Of a DNA stretch of 64,000 bases, positions 1 through 13,451 are shown piece by piece (position 1 is the stretch's first letter; every line of letters starts with the position of its first letter). A program made the position numbers and the translations under genes. Source of the stretch: Octopus bimaculoides (Eukaryota); NCBI RefSeq assembly GCF_001194135.2, contig NC_068991.1, positions 20,841,407-20,905,406 on the forward strand, in the 5' to 3' direction. The notes under the pieces were generated by a model. That model saw only the letters and a list, made by a program, of their open reading frames with translations, was not told the DNA's origin and did not search any database.

Positions 1-41
<41 letters not shown>

Positions 42-187
42 CATACATACATACACATATTTTTTTTTATTTATGCGCCCTTTTTAAAGCCTAGCCAGGC
101 TCATGGGCCCAGTTTCCTGGTTTATATGGCGTATGTGTTCCCCACCCCCTAGCTGGATGGGACGCCAGTCCATCGCAGCGTTTCTCA

Positions 188-381
188 ACAAACAGGAAGA
201 GAGAGTGAGAGAAAGTTGGGGCGAAACAGTACAACAGGGGTCGCCACCACCCTCTGCCGGAGCCCCGTGCAGCTTTAGGTGTTTTCGCTCAATAAACACA
301 CACAACGCCCGGTTTGGGAATCGAAACCGCAATCCTCCAAATGCGAGTCCGCTGCCCTAACTACTGGGCCATTGCGCCTTC
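188..381 (-). mobile_element. SINE family A, 5' half, joined to a different repeat at about 70-187
   Basis: Head ...ccctaactactgggccattgcgcc. The adjacent sequence has the gggacgccagtccatcgcag motif of another SINE family. Confidence 0.8.
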
Positions 382-505
382 ACACACACACATATTAATT
401 TATGGGTAGTGAAATTATATCCCACCTAATATTAATTATTTCCTTTTCTTTCTGTTGCTAAGTGTGTGCGTGTCTCTTTGTCCGTGTGTGTATAACTATA
501 CAGAT

Positions 506-547
<42 letters not shown>

Positions 548-735
548 ATATTTACATTAAATAACAGGCTGACTCAGTTCCACATTACTCACACACTTGG
601 AATCAAATACATCTAAGATTTAGTAAGTCATACACGTTTAAGATATTGAACAATGTAGATCTCACTATTCCAACCACATGTTGAGTACTACTCCTCTTTA
701 TTTGTCCACCTATTCGTGTTGTGTAAGAATGTTCA

Positions 736-785
<50 letters not shown>

Positions 786-1218
786 CTTTCACTGTGTTCA
801 GTCTTCAGACAACGGCATAGCCTTAAAGGATTCTAGTTAACCTTAGCAATGCCAGGGTTGTTTGTGTCTGGTACTTATTTTATCAATCTCTGTTCTTTGA
901 AATACCAATTTATGGAAGGTACACAGATATGATAAAAAAAAACAAAAAAAAAACAAAGCAGGTTTTTAAATTAGTGTAAATGAAGGCATATACAACATGC
1001 ATGCATACACATGTATAAATACAAACACAAACAAATACATACAGACACATGCATAAAATCATGTTTGGCACAGTTTTTGTCTACCAGACTCCACTTCCAG
1101 GATATTGATCAATCTTAGTATACAGAAGTCAAAGAGCTATGCAATGGATTTGAACTCAGAAACCCAAGGTAGTGAAGCCAACTTCTTAAACAGATGACCG
1201 TGTTTGCATCTATTAATA

Positions 1219-1289
<71 letters not shown>

Positions 1290-1324
1290 TATATATATAT
1301 ATATACACACACATATATATATAT

Positions 1325-1363
<39 letters not shown>

Positions 1364-1384
1364 CACACACAGGCACATATATAT

Positions 1385-1915
1385 GTATTCTCTTATTTAT
1401 TCACTTGTTTCAGTCATTTTGACTGTGGCCATGCTGGAGCACTGCCGTTTAGTCAAAGAAATCANNNNNNNNNNNNNNNNNNNNNNNNNNNNNNNNNNNN
1501 NNNNNNNNNNNNNNNNNNNNNNNNNNNNNNNNNNNNNNNNNNNNNNNNNNNNNNNNNNNNNNNNNNNNNNNNNNNNNNNNNNNNNNNNNNNNNNNNNNNN
1601 NNNNNNNNNNNNNNNNNNNNNNNNNNNNNNNNNNNNNNNNNNNNNNNNNNNNNNNNNNNNNNNNNNNNNNNNNNNNNNNNNNNNNNNNNNNNNNNNNNNN
1701 NNNNNNNNNNNNNNNNNNNNNNNNNNNNNNNNNNNNNNNNNNNNNNATATATATGATAGGTTTCTTTCAGTTTCTCTCTACCAAATTCACTCACAAGGTT
1801 TTGGTTGGCTTAAAGCTATAGTAGAAGACACTTGCCCAAGGTGCCGTGCAGTGGAACTGAACCCAGAACCATGTGGTTGAGAAGCAAGCTTCTTACCACA
1901 CAGCCATGCCTGCAC
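1385..1915 (-). mobile_element. Composite SINE B/C spanning a gap
   Basis: C tail at 1385-1464 and B head at 1750-1915. Other B/C copies or parts lie at about 2455-2662(+), 11730-11900(+), 25740-25870(+), 26900-27220(-), 29375-29545(+) and 47895-48290(-). Confidence 0.8.
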
Positions 1916-1917
1916 CA

Positions 1918-1959
<42 letters not shown>

Positions 1960-3176
1960 TTTGTTTTTGTGTATGTGTGTGTATAAAATGGGAGTAAGGG
2001 CTTGGTTTGAATAAAGAAAATGCGACCACAACCATCAACATTAGGGTTATTACTACTGCCATAACTACTGCTGTTACTATTATTACTGCAATTATAATAA
2101 CTACCACTACTCCTACCACCATTTGTGCTATGACCATCACAATTACTACTGCTGCTACTGCCACTATTATTACTATTACTGTTACAACTACCACAACTAC
2201 CACCTGTGCTTCATGCAGGTGGGTTCATCACAGTGGCAGGGTGGTGGAAAAAGTATCAAATTATTTCACTTCTCATATTTCAAAGATCTTTCTATTTAAA
2301 CTTGTCTAAATCCTGAGAGAGTAGGGAGTGGGCATGAGAGCAAGCGACAAACCAGTTGTGTACTAGTGAGTCTGTGTGTGTGTGTGTGTGTGTGTGTTGA
2401 GTGTGTGTGCGTGTGTGTGTGTGTGTTCACATGTGCATGTGTATGTNNNNNNNNNNTGTATGTGTTTGTCCCCCCAACATCGCTTGACAACCGATGGTGA
2501 TGTGTTTACGTCCCCATAGCTTAGTGGTTCGGCAAAAGAGACCGATAGAATAAGTACTGGGCTTCCGAAGAGTAAGTCCTGGGGTCGATTTACTCGACTA
2601 AAGGTCGTGCTCCAGCATGGCCGCAGTCAAATGACTGAAACAAGTAAAAGAGTAAAAGAGAGTGTGTATCAAGGATGACATTATCCAACAATGTCTTTCC
2701 TTTTTTAATTGTATAAACTAAAATTTGATTTCAGATTTTGGCACAAAGTCGATTAGACTGACCCTGGTGTTCATCTGGTATTTATTTTATTGACTCCAAA
2801 AGGATGAAAGGCAATGTCGCCCTTGATGGAATTTGAACTCAGAACGTAAAGACAGATGAAACACGTTAAGCATTTCACCCGGCATGATAATATTTCTACC
2901 AGTTTGTTGCCTTAATGTATAGGCTATAATTTGATAGACATTTGGCTACTGTTTCTATCAGGTCAAAAGGACTCCATAAAGACACCTTCACTGGTTCATG
3001 TACATGTATGTGGTAAGGATTAGGGACTTTTAGAATTGGGGAGAAAACACTATTAGGGAGGAAATCAGGTGTTCAAAATGGAAAGATACACCATCATCAC
3101 TTTACACCTACATTTCCATGCTGGCGTGAATTGTATCATAGTAGTAGTAGTAGTAGTAAAAATAAATACTACTTAC

Positions 3177-3304
3177 CCTCTGAGATGCAATGCTTTTCCA
3201 ATGTTTGCATTCTGACTGAAGGTGTTGGACACTGGAGCGTAACCGGTTGACTTCGTGCTGTAGATTGATGTTTTCACCAAAATCCAATTCATCATTCACA
3301 AAAC
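3177..3304 (-). CDS. TRIP11: TRIP11 coding exon 5 (G-FVNDELDFGENINLQHEVNRLRSSVQHLQSECKHWKSIASQR)
   Basis: Acceptor ttcttctctttaccag|GT; 128 nt; donor AGG|GTAAGT. Matches recalled human [38 protein letters not shown]. Later exons lie outside the window. Confidence 0.9.
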
Positions 3305-3401
3305 CTGGTAAAGAGAAGAAAGACTCTGAAAAATCGGTTTCCCAACAAATTTCAACAATCAGTAATTTGATACTCTGCAGATTTTCTTTTCCACAATCAT
3401 C

Positions 3402-3454
<53 letters not shown>

Positions 3455-3494
3455 TAATAATAACAATAATAATAACAATAATAATAAAAATAAA

Positions 3495-3530
<36 letters not shown>

Positions 3531-3531
<1 letters not shown>

Positions 3532-4259
3532 CCTGGATGCAGTACCAGGCAGTGGCTCTCATGGCTTCTGATTTTAATTGATTGGAAGTGTTATCATGTA
3601 CATTGTTTTGTCTTGGTATAAAAAGATGGGCTACAGCAAATATTCTGCTCAATATCACAGATATGCTTGTCAGTTGTTTGACCTTAATCAGTTGNNNNNN
3701 NNNNNNNNNNNNNNNNNNNNNNNNNNNNNNNNNNNNNNNNNNNNNNNNNNNNNNNNNNNNNNNNNNNNNNNNNNNNNNNNNNNNNNNNNNNNNNNNNNNN
3801 NNNNNNNNNNNNNNNNNNNNNNNNNNNNNNNNNNNNNNNNNNNNNNNNNNNNNNNNNNNNNNNNNNNNNNNNNNNNNNNNNNNNNNNNNNNNNNNNNNNN
3901 NNNNNNNNNATGAGCAGAAGTAGTGGGGGAGCGTCATAGCCATGTGTTGAGAAGAATTCTTTGGGGTTTGAATAATTCACCTTTGGAAACATAGGTGTTT
4001 TGCTCAACATCCTTAAACAAACCTTATTTAGGGACCTTTTGAGCAGGGTGGGCTACTTGACCTGAAGAAAATTCTAACTGGGGCCCACCTGCGAGGTTAT
4101 GCGCTGTTTATCTTGATATGAGATCACCATGTCGCGCACATATGGTTGTGGCGCATGTGCTTGGTGTACCCTTATCAGACGGGTAGTCATGATGGGTATA
4201 ATGGGCTCCGTATATTTTATCCCAGTGTCACTTTGATGGCATGTACTGCTGTCTCACTC
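3531..4259. mobile_element. ~730-bp non-coding interspersed element inside (AAT)n
   Basis: A near-identical sequence recurs at 63413-63773 (same strand) and about 50275-50450 (inverted). (AAT)n tracts on both flanks. Class unknown. Confidence 0.75.
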
Positions 4260-4301
<42 letters not shown>

Positions 4302-6820
4302 CTTTCTACTATAGGTACAAAGCCTGAAAAAATAATAATGATAATAATATAAGACCAGTAATTTTTTTAGGAGGAACAAGTTAATTGATTTAATCAACCA
4401 CCAGTACATAACTGGTACATATTTTATTAACTTCAAAAGAATGAAAGGCAAAGTTGACATTGGCAGAATTTGGAACAAGAACATAAAGAACAGGAAGAAA
4501 TGTTTCTAAGCATTTTGTCTGATGCACTAATTCTGTCAGCTAATAATAATAGTAACCATTTCTACTATAGGCACAAGGCCTGAAATTTGGTGGGGATGGA
4601 TAAGTTGATTACATTGACCCCAGTGTTTCACTGGTACTTAATTTATTGATCCTGAAAGGATGAAAGGCAAAGTCAACCCTGATGGAATTCGAACTCAGAA
4701 CATGACGACAGATAAAATGCCACTAAGTATTTTGCCTGGTATGTTAATGATTCTGCCAGATTGCTTCCTTAATAATAATAATAATAATGATAATTCTTTC
4801 TATTGAAGGCACATTTTTAAGTGAATATGACATAAAAATCCAATTTGTTTTTACAGTAAATGTTTATATTTTCACTTTTCTTAAACAGAATATTTTAATT
4901 ATTTAGAAATATTTTTAAGTGCATGTGATTTCAAAAATACAAGTTGTTTGTAAAGTATGTATTTATATTTTAGCTTTCTCTAAAAAGACAATATTAAATT
5001 TTTTTTTTATTATTATTTTCAAGTTAATACCCTTAAAAAAATTATTTTTTGGCATATTTAGAAATATCTTTAAGTGAAAGTGTGTGTTATCCCCAGATTT
5101 GTTTTCAATGTACGTCATCATTTAAACGAACTTTCATTTTAAAGAGATCTAAGTCATAAGCATCCATAAAAATTTGATGTTAATTCATTTTCTAGACAAC
5201 ATGTTAACAATGACAGTTATTTTACTAAATATGTCACTATTTTCGAAATTAATAGAAACAAAGACAATGTAATTCGAAAGAAATATAGTGACAAAAACCT
5301 GAACCAGTAATTGACTGGTAGACCCAAGCTTTTGTTGCTTATCCTCAGTTGCTTTGACTGAGCAAACTTATGAGCAAAGGTGTTCCAGACACGGCCACCA
5401 TGTCTTTTTATATATCAGGGATTACATTGACCAATGTGTACACCTTTCTTGAAAAAGACAGAGTGTGACTTGAAGGAGATTTGACTGCTATTTCTAGCAG
5501 ACCAAGCAACCATATAGACACACATTCATATTGTGTAACTATCTGTATGGAAGGATGCATGTATATGAAAAACAAACGATTAGAAATAAAGAAGAAACAA
5601 GGTATTCTTCCACTGACATAGAGTTTGCAGGGATGGGGTAAGTAATCCCAAACAGCCATAGACATTACACAGTACTTGACCAGTATTTCTGACAATTCAG
5701 GAAGGGATAAAAGACAAAGTCAGCCTGTGATTCAGGTACTTTCAATATAAATGGACATTACAGAATACAGGCATTTTGCCAGCCATTTGTATATCACTCA
5801 CATAAAAATGACATTTCACAGAGGTACAGATGGATCATGTCGATTACCCCCAACCCAACCACACTTGACTAGTACTTTATTGAATTCAGATCAGCAGGAT
5901 AAAAGGCAAAAATCAATCGCAGTGGGATTCGAGTTCAGAATGTAAAGGGTCGTAATTACTCCTGGTTCGAATGTTTCTGTTAAAGCAAGAAATACTTCAT
6001 AGCTAATTGTTATATTTCGGTAGATACAAAATCTAGCTGAAATAGCCTAATAACACATACACACATATACGTGTATATGTGTATGTGTGTGTGTGTGTGT
6101 GTGTGTATGTGTGTATGTGTGTGTGTGTGTGTGTTTGTGTGCATATGTATGTAAATGTATATATACATATATGTATATATGTGTATATGTGTGTGTGTAC
6201 ACACACATATAAATACACATACATACATACACAACTGTGTATGTGTATGTGTGTACATCCAAAAGTGTACATTTTTGTGTGTGATATATATATATATATA
6301 TATACACACACATATATATACACATATGCACACACACACACATGTATGTATGTATGTATGTACATACATAATAATCTATACACATACATTTAGCAGGAGT
6401 GTCATAAATCCCAAAGTCCAGGCAGGTTACCATTAAAAGAATTACCTTGACAACAGCTCAGTGTCCTTTTTTTAATTAATACTTAAGAAATGAGCTGACA
6501 TAAAACTGATAAATGGGTCTATATATGGCTTTTTCTGTCTTTTTCACCTTCATGGCTTGTTTTTTTTTTTACTGTTTTTTTTTACTGTTTTTTTTTTACT
6601 GTTTTTTTTTTCTTTTTTGTGGTAGTCAACTACATGTAAGATGTAGGAGTGGTGTAAAAATATAAAAATGTGTTAACTAATTTATATAAAAAAACAATAG
6701 GGTGTTCTTTCAGAGTGGCTTGTCCCAGCCCCCAAAATTGAAATCCAGCCCATACCGGATTTCAAAGAAGTTCAGTCAATGTTCATGCTGTATAAGAAAT
6801 AATAATAATAATAATAATAA

Positions 6821-7195
6821 CTGAGCAAATATAAAGATCTTGAAATAGAAATTAGCAAAATGTGGAATCTGAAGACGAAAACAATACCTATTGTCATAGG
6901 TGCCCTGGGAATGACAGCGAAAAGGGCTGATTACTACCTAGCTCAGATACCAGGAAACCCCAAAATGGCTGAAGTTCAAAAGATAGTGCTCATGGGAACT
7001 GCCCATATCCTACGTAAAATACTGTCTATGTGATCTCAAATTTTAAAACATTCTCTAGAACAACACTGTACAAATTCAAATATATGGTACCCTAGGCATG
7101 AACTTCTACATGAACTTCTAACTTGTTGTCTCTTGAGGTTTCTGGGTGAGACTTGGATCCAACTTGTACAAATGCAAAGCAAAAGTCAAACATAA

Positions 7196-7200
<5 letters not shown>
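6821..7200 (+). mobile_element. 5'-truncated restriction-like-endonuclease LINE (R4/Dong-like) inside (TAA)n
   Basis: 6821-7033 encodes LSKYKDLEIEISKMWNLKTKTIPIVIGALG...VQKIVLMGTAHILRKILSM*. A 3' UTR follows, with (AAT)n on both flanks. Confidence 0.85.
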
Positions 7201-7235
<35 letters not shown>

Positions 7236-7286
7236 GACCTAGTGATCATGAGTGCAACACCCTAACCACTAATCCATGTGCCCTCG

Positions 7287-7333
<47 letters not shown>

Positions 7334-7336
7334 GTA

Positions 7337-7368
<32 letters not shown>

Positions 7369-8590
7369 TTCATTTATTTGCCACCAGGGCAAAGGATAAG
7401 GGATATGATACAAAGACAGACATAAAATGTGGGGGTTTGCATATAATGAAATGATAAAAAGTTCATAAAAAAAAATATTAGAATACACAGTATACAAGGA
7501 AAAGGAAGGGACACATACATAGCATACAAAGGTTTAAAAAAAAAAAGGGGAAGATGATAGAGATGTAGCCCCCCCCCCNNNNNNNNNNCCCCCAGATACA
7601 GGATGACCTCTAGGAATGATTGAGGAACCCCAATGTCCAAGATTTCCCTGAACACCAAGAACAAGTGCCCTCTCCAATCTGTTCTCTCCGACTCACAGGC
7701 AGGTCTACACTTAGAGAGATACCATCCACTCTTGCCATTTTCGCAACTTTCGATAAACTCACTCGAGGACTGAGCTTATTGCTTACAATGCTCAGGTGCA
7801 TTTTACCTAAGTTAAGTAAAAGCAAAACAGTAATAGAAGGTAGAAGTACATGCACAACACACTGAATAAAACACAAAAAGAGAGTGAAGCAAGTTAGACA
7901 ATGGAAGAGAAGGTGCCATGCAGTGGGATTGAACCTGGGACCATAGTTAGAATCACAATAAAGTTTAACATTGAATCAGCAATATGTTATCCACACCTTT
8001 CCCTTGTAACCTCTTCATATTCTGACATAAAATAAAACAGAAAACTGTTTTCAATCGTAAAAGGTAAAGTCCCTTTTAACAGAAGACCTGGCAGAGAAAC
8101 TAACAAACAATGTTTGCCTGTAACAGAGACCAAATAAATCTGGAAACTTTGTGTTTGGTGAAGTGACAACAATTATACGCAGCAGTTATTACACAATGTC
8201 GTGGGCAGCTGTGAAATATGATAGAGTCAAAATATTGACAATGTGATTTACAACTACATTTTTGTTGTTGTTGTTGTTGTTGTATTTGCTTAGCCCTGAG
8301 TCAGTCCTCAAAAGGCAAGCCTAGGATCAAAGGCATTCTAGTCATGCCAATCGTGTATTCTTCGTCGTTGTTATCTTTCAAATGGTAGTGTGTAATTTGA
8401 GAGAGATTTGGTAACTATTTTGAGAAAATTGAGCAATTGCATAGATATACATCATGTAGCAAATGTAATAGTGGTAATAGCAGCAGCAGCAGCAGAAGCA
8501 GAAGCAGAAGCAAAAGAAGAAGAAGAAGAAGAAGAAGTGGTGGTGGTGGTGGTGGTGGTGGTGGTGGTAGTAGTAGTAGTGGTAGTAGTT

Positions 8591-8653
<63 letters not shown>

Positions 8654-9819
8654 CTGGACACTGAAAAGATCAAAGGCAAAGTTGACCTCAGTGACATATG
8701 AACTCAGAATGTCAAAACAGAAGAAATGCCACTAAGCATTTTGTGCAATGAAAACAATTTCTGATTTAGGCACAAGGACAACAAAGTTGTTACAGATCAG
8801 TTACTCAGTTCCACCAATCCCAGTACCTGGGTGGCTCTTTGACAGGCAAAGTTAACTCTAGCATGGAATAAACTCATAAAGCAAAATTGGAACAGTTCAC
8901 CACAAAGCATTTTCCCCAATACTCTAAAAATTATGTCAGCCTGCTACTAGCAGCAGCAGCAGCAGCAGCAACAACACCAACAATAATAGTACTGACAATT
9001 TACAGGGAAAGGGATATGATTGATTAAGATGATCCCCACCAATCCACAAACTTTTCGCACTTTAATATTTGCTTGCAGCTTATTAACAACAGGAAGGATA
9101 AAATACAAATCAACACCAGAAGAATTAAACACACACACATATATATATATATATATACAGGGAGAGAGAAACAGAGACAGACAGACAGACATATATATAA
9201 ACACACATACATGTACATTTATACATTATACAAAAACATATATGCATATATATATATATATANNNNNNNNNNNNNNNNNNNNNNNNNNNNNNNNNNNNNN
9301 NNNNNNNNNNNNNNNNNNNNNNNNNNNNNNNNNNNNNNNNNNNNNNNNNNNNNNNNNNNNNNNNNNNNNNNNNNNNNNNNNNNNNNNNNNNNNNNNNNNN
9401 NNNNNNNNNNNNNNNNNNNNNNNNNNNNNNNNNNNNNNNNNNNNNNNNNNNNNNNNNNNNNNNNNNNNNNNNNNNNNNNNNNNNNNNNNNNNNNNNNNNN
9501 NNNNNNNNNNNNNNNNNNNNNNNNNNNNNNNNNNNNNNNNNNNNNNNNNNNNNNNNNNNNNNNNNNNNNNNNNNNNNNNNNNNNNNNNNNNNNNNNNNNN
9601 NNNNNNNNNNNNNNNNNNNNNNNNNNNNNNNNNNNNNNNNNNNNNNNNNNNNNNNNNNNNNNNNNNNNNNNNNNNNNNNNNNNNNNNNNNNNNNNNNNNN
9701 NNNNNNNNNNNNNNNNNNNNNNNNNNNNNNNNNNNNNNNNNNNNNNNNNNNNNNNNNNNNNNNNNNNNNNNNNNNNNNNNNNNNNNNNNNNNNNNNNNNN
9801 NNNNNNNNNNNNNNNNNNN

Positions 9820-10465
9820 NAGAAGCCAAGAGACAATGCATTGCACATTTGCTTTGTGCCGGGGTTGCAATTAGACTTATTGCTGAGACTGTTGGGGCCT
9901 CTGTGAGCACTGTCTACAACGTTAAGAACTGAATACTGGATGCATCCTTATTTTTCCAACCATTATATACATGAACTACCATTGAACTTCAAAAGCTCAA
10001 AGACAATATAATGTATTGGTATATTTATTTTTTTATATATTATTTTCTTCATTTTGTACTTCTTTGTAAAAAACATTTTCATTCTCTTTATTAAGAACTG
10101 AATACTGGATATGGGAGGCATCAAAAGAAAGTAAGGAAGTGGAGACATAAATAAAAAACAGGATAGTGCATTTCTTAAATCTCTCAAAGCCAAAATTTCG
10201 AAAGACCCAACAGCATCCATGAGAAAATTGTCCATGGCAATGTAAGTTGATCCAAAGACCATAAAAAATGCTGTACACACTAATTTACAGTTGGGGTCAT
10301 ACATGAGGACTCTGAGACACCTATTGACCAATGAAATGAAAGACAGAAGGTATGAAAGGGCTAAAAAAGTGTTACAATACCTGAAGCACAATGGACAAAC
10401 CGTCAAAATCTTTTCAGACGACAAAATCTTTACCATTGATGCTGTTTTAAAACATCGCAATGATC
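9820..10465 (+). mobile_element. Tc1/mariner transposase relic (HTH plus first catalytic D), interrupted by a 149-bp insertion
   Basis: KRQCIAHLLCAGVAIRLIAETVGASVSTVYNVK (HTH), GSGR, KDPTASMRKL, RHLLT...IFSDDKIFTID. Confidence 0.82.
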
Positions 10466-10532
10466 TAATATATATATATATATATATAAGTCAGTAAATA
10501 GTGGGGTTGTGTTAACCGCACGTGGAGAAATA

Positions 10533-11230
10533 ATAGGAAAATGAAGAATAAGGCAGAATGCTAAACTGGAAGCATATTTTAATAAAGAGAATGAAAATGT
10601 TTTTTACAAAGAAGTACAAAATGAAGAAAATAATATATAAAAAAAATAATATATAAAAAAATAAATATACCAATACATTATATTGTCTTTGAGCTTTTGA
10701 AGTTCAATGGTAGTTCATGTATATTATGGTTGGAAAAATAAGGATGCATGAGAATTGAGAGTTGTGTTAGGTTTAAAAAAGGGTTAAAAGTTTGTGTAAA
10801 GCAGGAAGTGTGGTGTCAAAACAGGAAGTGTGTGTAAGGGGAGACAAATGTTTTTAGTTGGAGTTATGAACTCTTTTTCAACAGGAAGTTTATGTCTGTT
10901 CCTAGAGAAATAAGGTCACTGAGGGGTATGTGTGTTAAGAAATGGTTGGAATTTTTCTATGAAACCTAACACAGCTCTCAATTCTCATGCATCCTTATTT
11001 TTCCAACTATTATATACATGAACTACCATTGAACTTCAAAAGCTCAAAGACAATATAATGTACTGGTATATTTATTTTTTTATATATTATTTTCTTCATT
11101 TTGTACTTCTTTGTAAAAAAACATTTTCATTCTCCTTCTTGAAAATTTGCTTCACAATGAAAGCCGGTTAGAAATCTTTATTAAGATATGCTTCCAGTTT
11201 AGCATTCTGCCTTATTCTTCATTTTCCTAT
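10533..11230. repeat. Long inverted repeat (foldback-like): ~250-bp AT-rich arms around a 187-bp core
   Basis: 10533-10774 is the reverse complement of 10962-11230, apart from a ~50-bp insertion in the right arm and a short duplication in the left arm. Confidence 0.85.
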
Positions 11231-13230
11231 ATATATATATATATATATATCACACACATATACACATACATATGTACACACACATACATTTTTGTATTAC
11301 CACTTTCACTAATTTAAATAGCTCTTAGAATCTATAAATGCAGTAAAATTATTTCAAAACATTTGTATACAATGCATGTATATATATATGTATGTGTGAG
11401 TCTCTCTCTGCATGCATTTGTGTGTGGCATGACTCATCAATGCATATCTAAGTATGCAGTATTAGTGTTCCCCAGACAAACTTGGGGTAATAACTGGAAC
11501 AACAGGTGTTTGATTGTTGCCTGTCCCTTTAGTCAATGCCTATCTTCTGTATAGGCTGACTGAATCAGAAGTGGCTAGGGTTACACATCTTCATCATTTT
11601 CAACAACAAAAATGACAACCACTAAATCACTATACATCAAAACAAAGCATTGACACAACTGGTTAAAGAAAGCTGTCCTTATCTCACCAAATTAAGCACA
11701 GTAGCACTCTCATCACCGCCTATATATTACAGGCGCAGGAATGGCTGTGTGGTAAGTAGCTTGCTTACAAACCACATGGTTTCGGGTTCATTCTCATTGC
11801 GTGGCACCTTGGGCAATTGTCTTCTAATATAGCCTCGGGCCGACCAAAGCCTTGTGAGTGGATTTGGTAGACAGAAACTGAAAGAAGCCCATCGTATATA
11901 TGTATATCATCATCATCATCATCGTCGTTTAATGTCTGCTTTCCATGCTAGCATGGGTTGGACGATTTGACTGAGGACTGGTGCAACCAGATGGCTACAC
12001 CAGGTTCCAATCTGATTTGGCAGAGTTTCTACGGCTGGATGCCCTTCCTAACGCCATATATATATATATATATATANNNNNNNNNNNNNNNNNNNNNNNN
12101 NNNNNNNNNNNNNNNNNNNNNNNNNNNNNNNNNNNNNNNNNNNNNNNNNNNNNNNNNNNNNNNNNNNNNNNNNNNNNNNNNNNNNNNNNNNNNNNNNNNN
12201 NNNNNNNNNNNNNNNNNNNNNNNNNNNNNNNNNNNNNNNNNNNNNNNNNNNNNNNNNNNNNNNNNNNNNNNNNNNNNNNNNNNNNNNNNNNNNNNNNNNN
12301 NNNNNNNNNNNNNNNNNNNNNNNNNNNNNNNNNNNNNNNNNNNNNNNNNNNNNNNNNNNNNNNNNNNNNNNNNNNNNNNNNNNNNNNNNNNNNNNNNNNN
12401 NNNNNNNNNNNNNNNNNNNNNNNNNNNNNNNNNNNNNNNNNNNNNNNNNNNNNNNNNNNNNNNNNNNNNNNNNNNNNNNNNNNNNNNNNNNNNNNNNNNN
12501 NNNNNNNNNNNNNNNNNNNNNNNNNNNNNNNNNNNNNNNNNNNNNACAAAACTAAACCCAAAGCTGACAATGTTGGTGCCTCCACCACCACAATCATCAT
12601 GTGCACACACAGAGGCATACTTAATCCCTCCCCTGCTCTGCTCCACTCACTCCAACCTCATCAAGCCCAGCCCAGTCCAGATAGAACAGAGGAGCTCAGA
12701 GTGACCTAGAACAGCTTTTGTGAAACTGAAAGGAGTTGTCATAAAAAAAAAATTATAAATTGACAGCTGCACGTAAAAATAGAAATAAAAATAAACTTAA
12801 AGAAATATTAGAAACTAAAAAAAAAAAAAGTGGGGGTGAGAATTAAATTTCAAGGTTTACATTACAAGATCCTCTCTGCTGTGCCTGCCTACCTGTGTGT
12901 GTTCGTGGTTCACCTCATATTCACATTCCACCATTACCACCACTCCCTGCTCACAGTCAGTTACCTAGCAGCAATCAATGAGGAGAGAACCATTAGAGCT
13001 AAAGTTTGATTTGGCTTATCAAAGATAATTTAGCCTAAGTACAATCATTCCTTACCTTCAACTAACTTCTGGAGGTGGTGGTGGTTGTTGTTATTTTTAG
13101 CTTCAAGACAACCCTGATTAAGGTGACCTATTCCAGCTGTGACGATCCTGGCTTTTTCCTGTGTACCAACAACCCAGGATGATATTATCTAATAACGAGT
13201 CCTTTTCAAGGTGATAAGAGTGTGATTTAA

Positions 13231-13451
13231 CCCTTTAGCATTTAAACCAGCCATATCCGGCCAAAAGTATTCTGCCTGTTTTATATTCAAACTGGCCAGA
13301 TCTGGTCTCTCATAACAACCCTACAATATTGTTTTAAAAATTAACAGCTACCTCATCAAAATCTCATAGCTACAAGGTAATGTATGATTAGTTCAAAACG
13401 ATGTAGATGAAAAAGCATTAATTTTGGCAGAATAATGCGAACACTAAAGGG
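13231..13451. mobile_element. piggyBac-like MITE
   Basis: TTAA on both flanks (13227-13230 and 13452-13455); TIR CCCTTTAG/CTAAAGGG; 221 bp. Confidence 0.75.
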
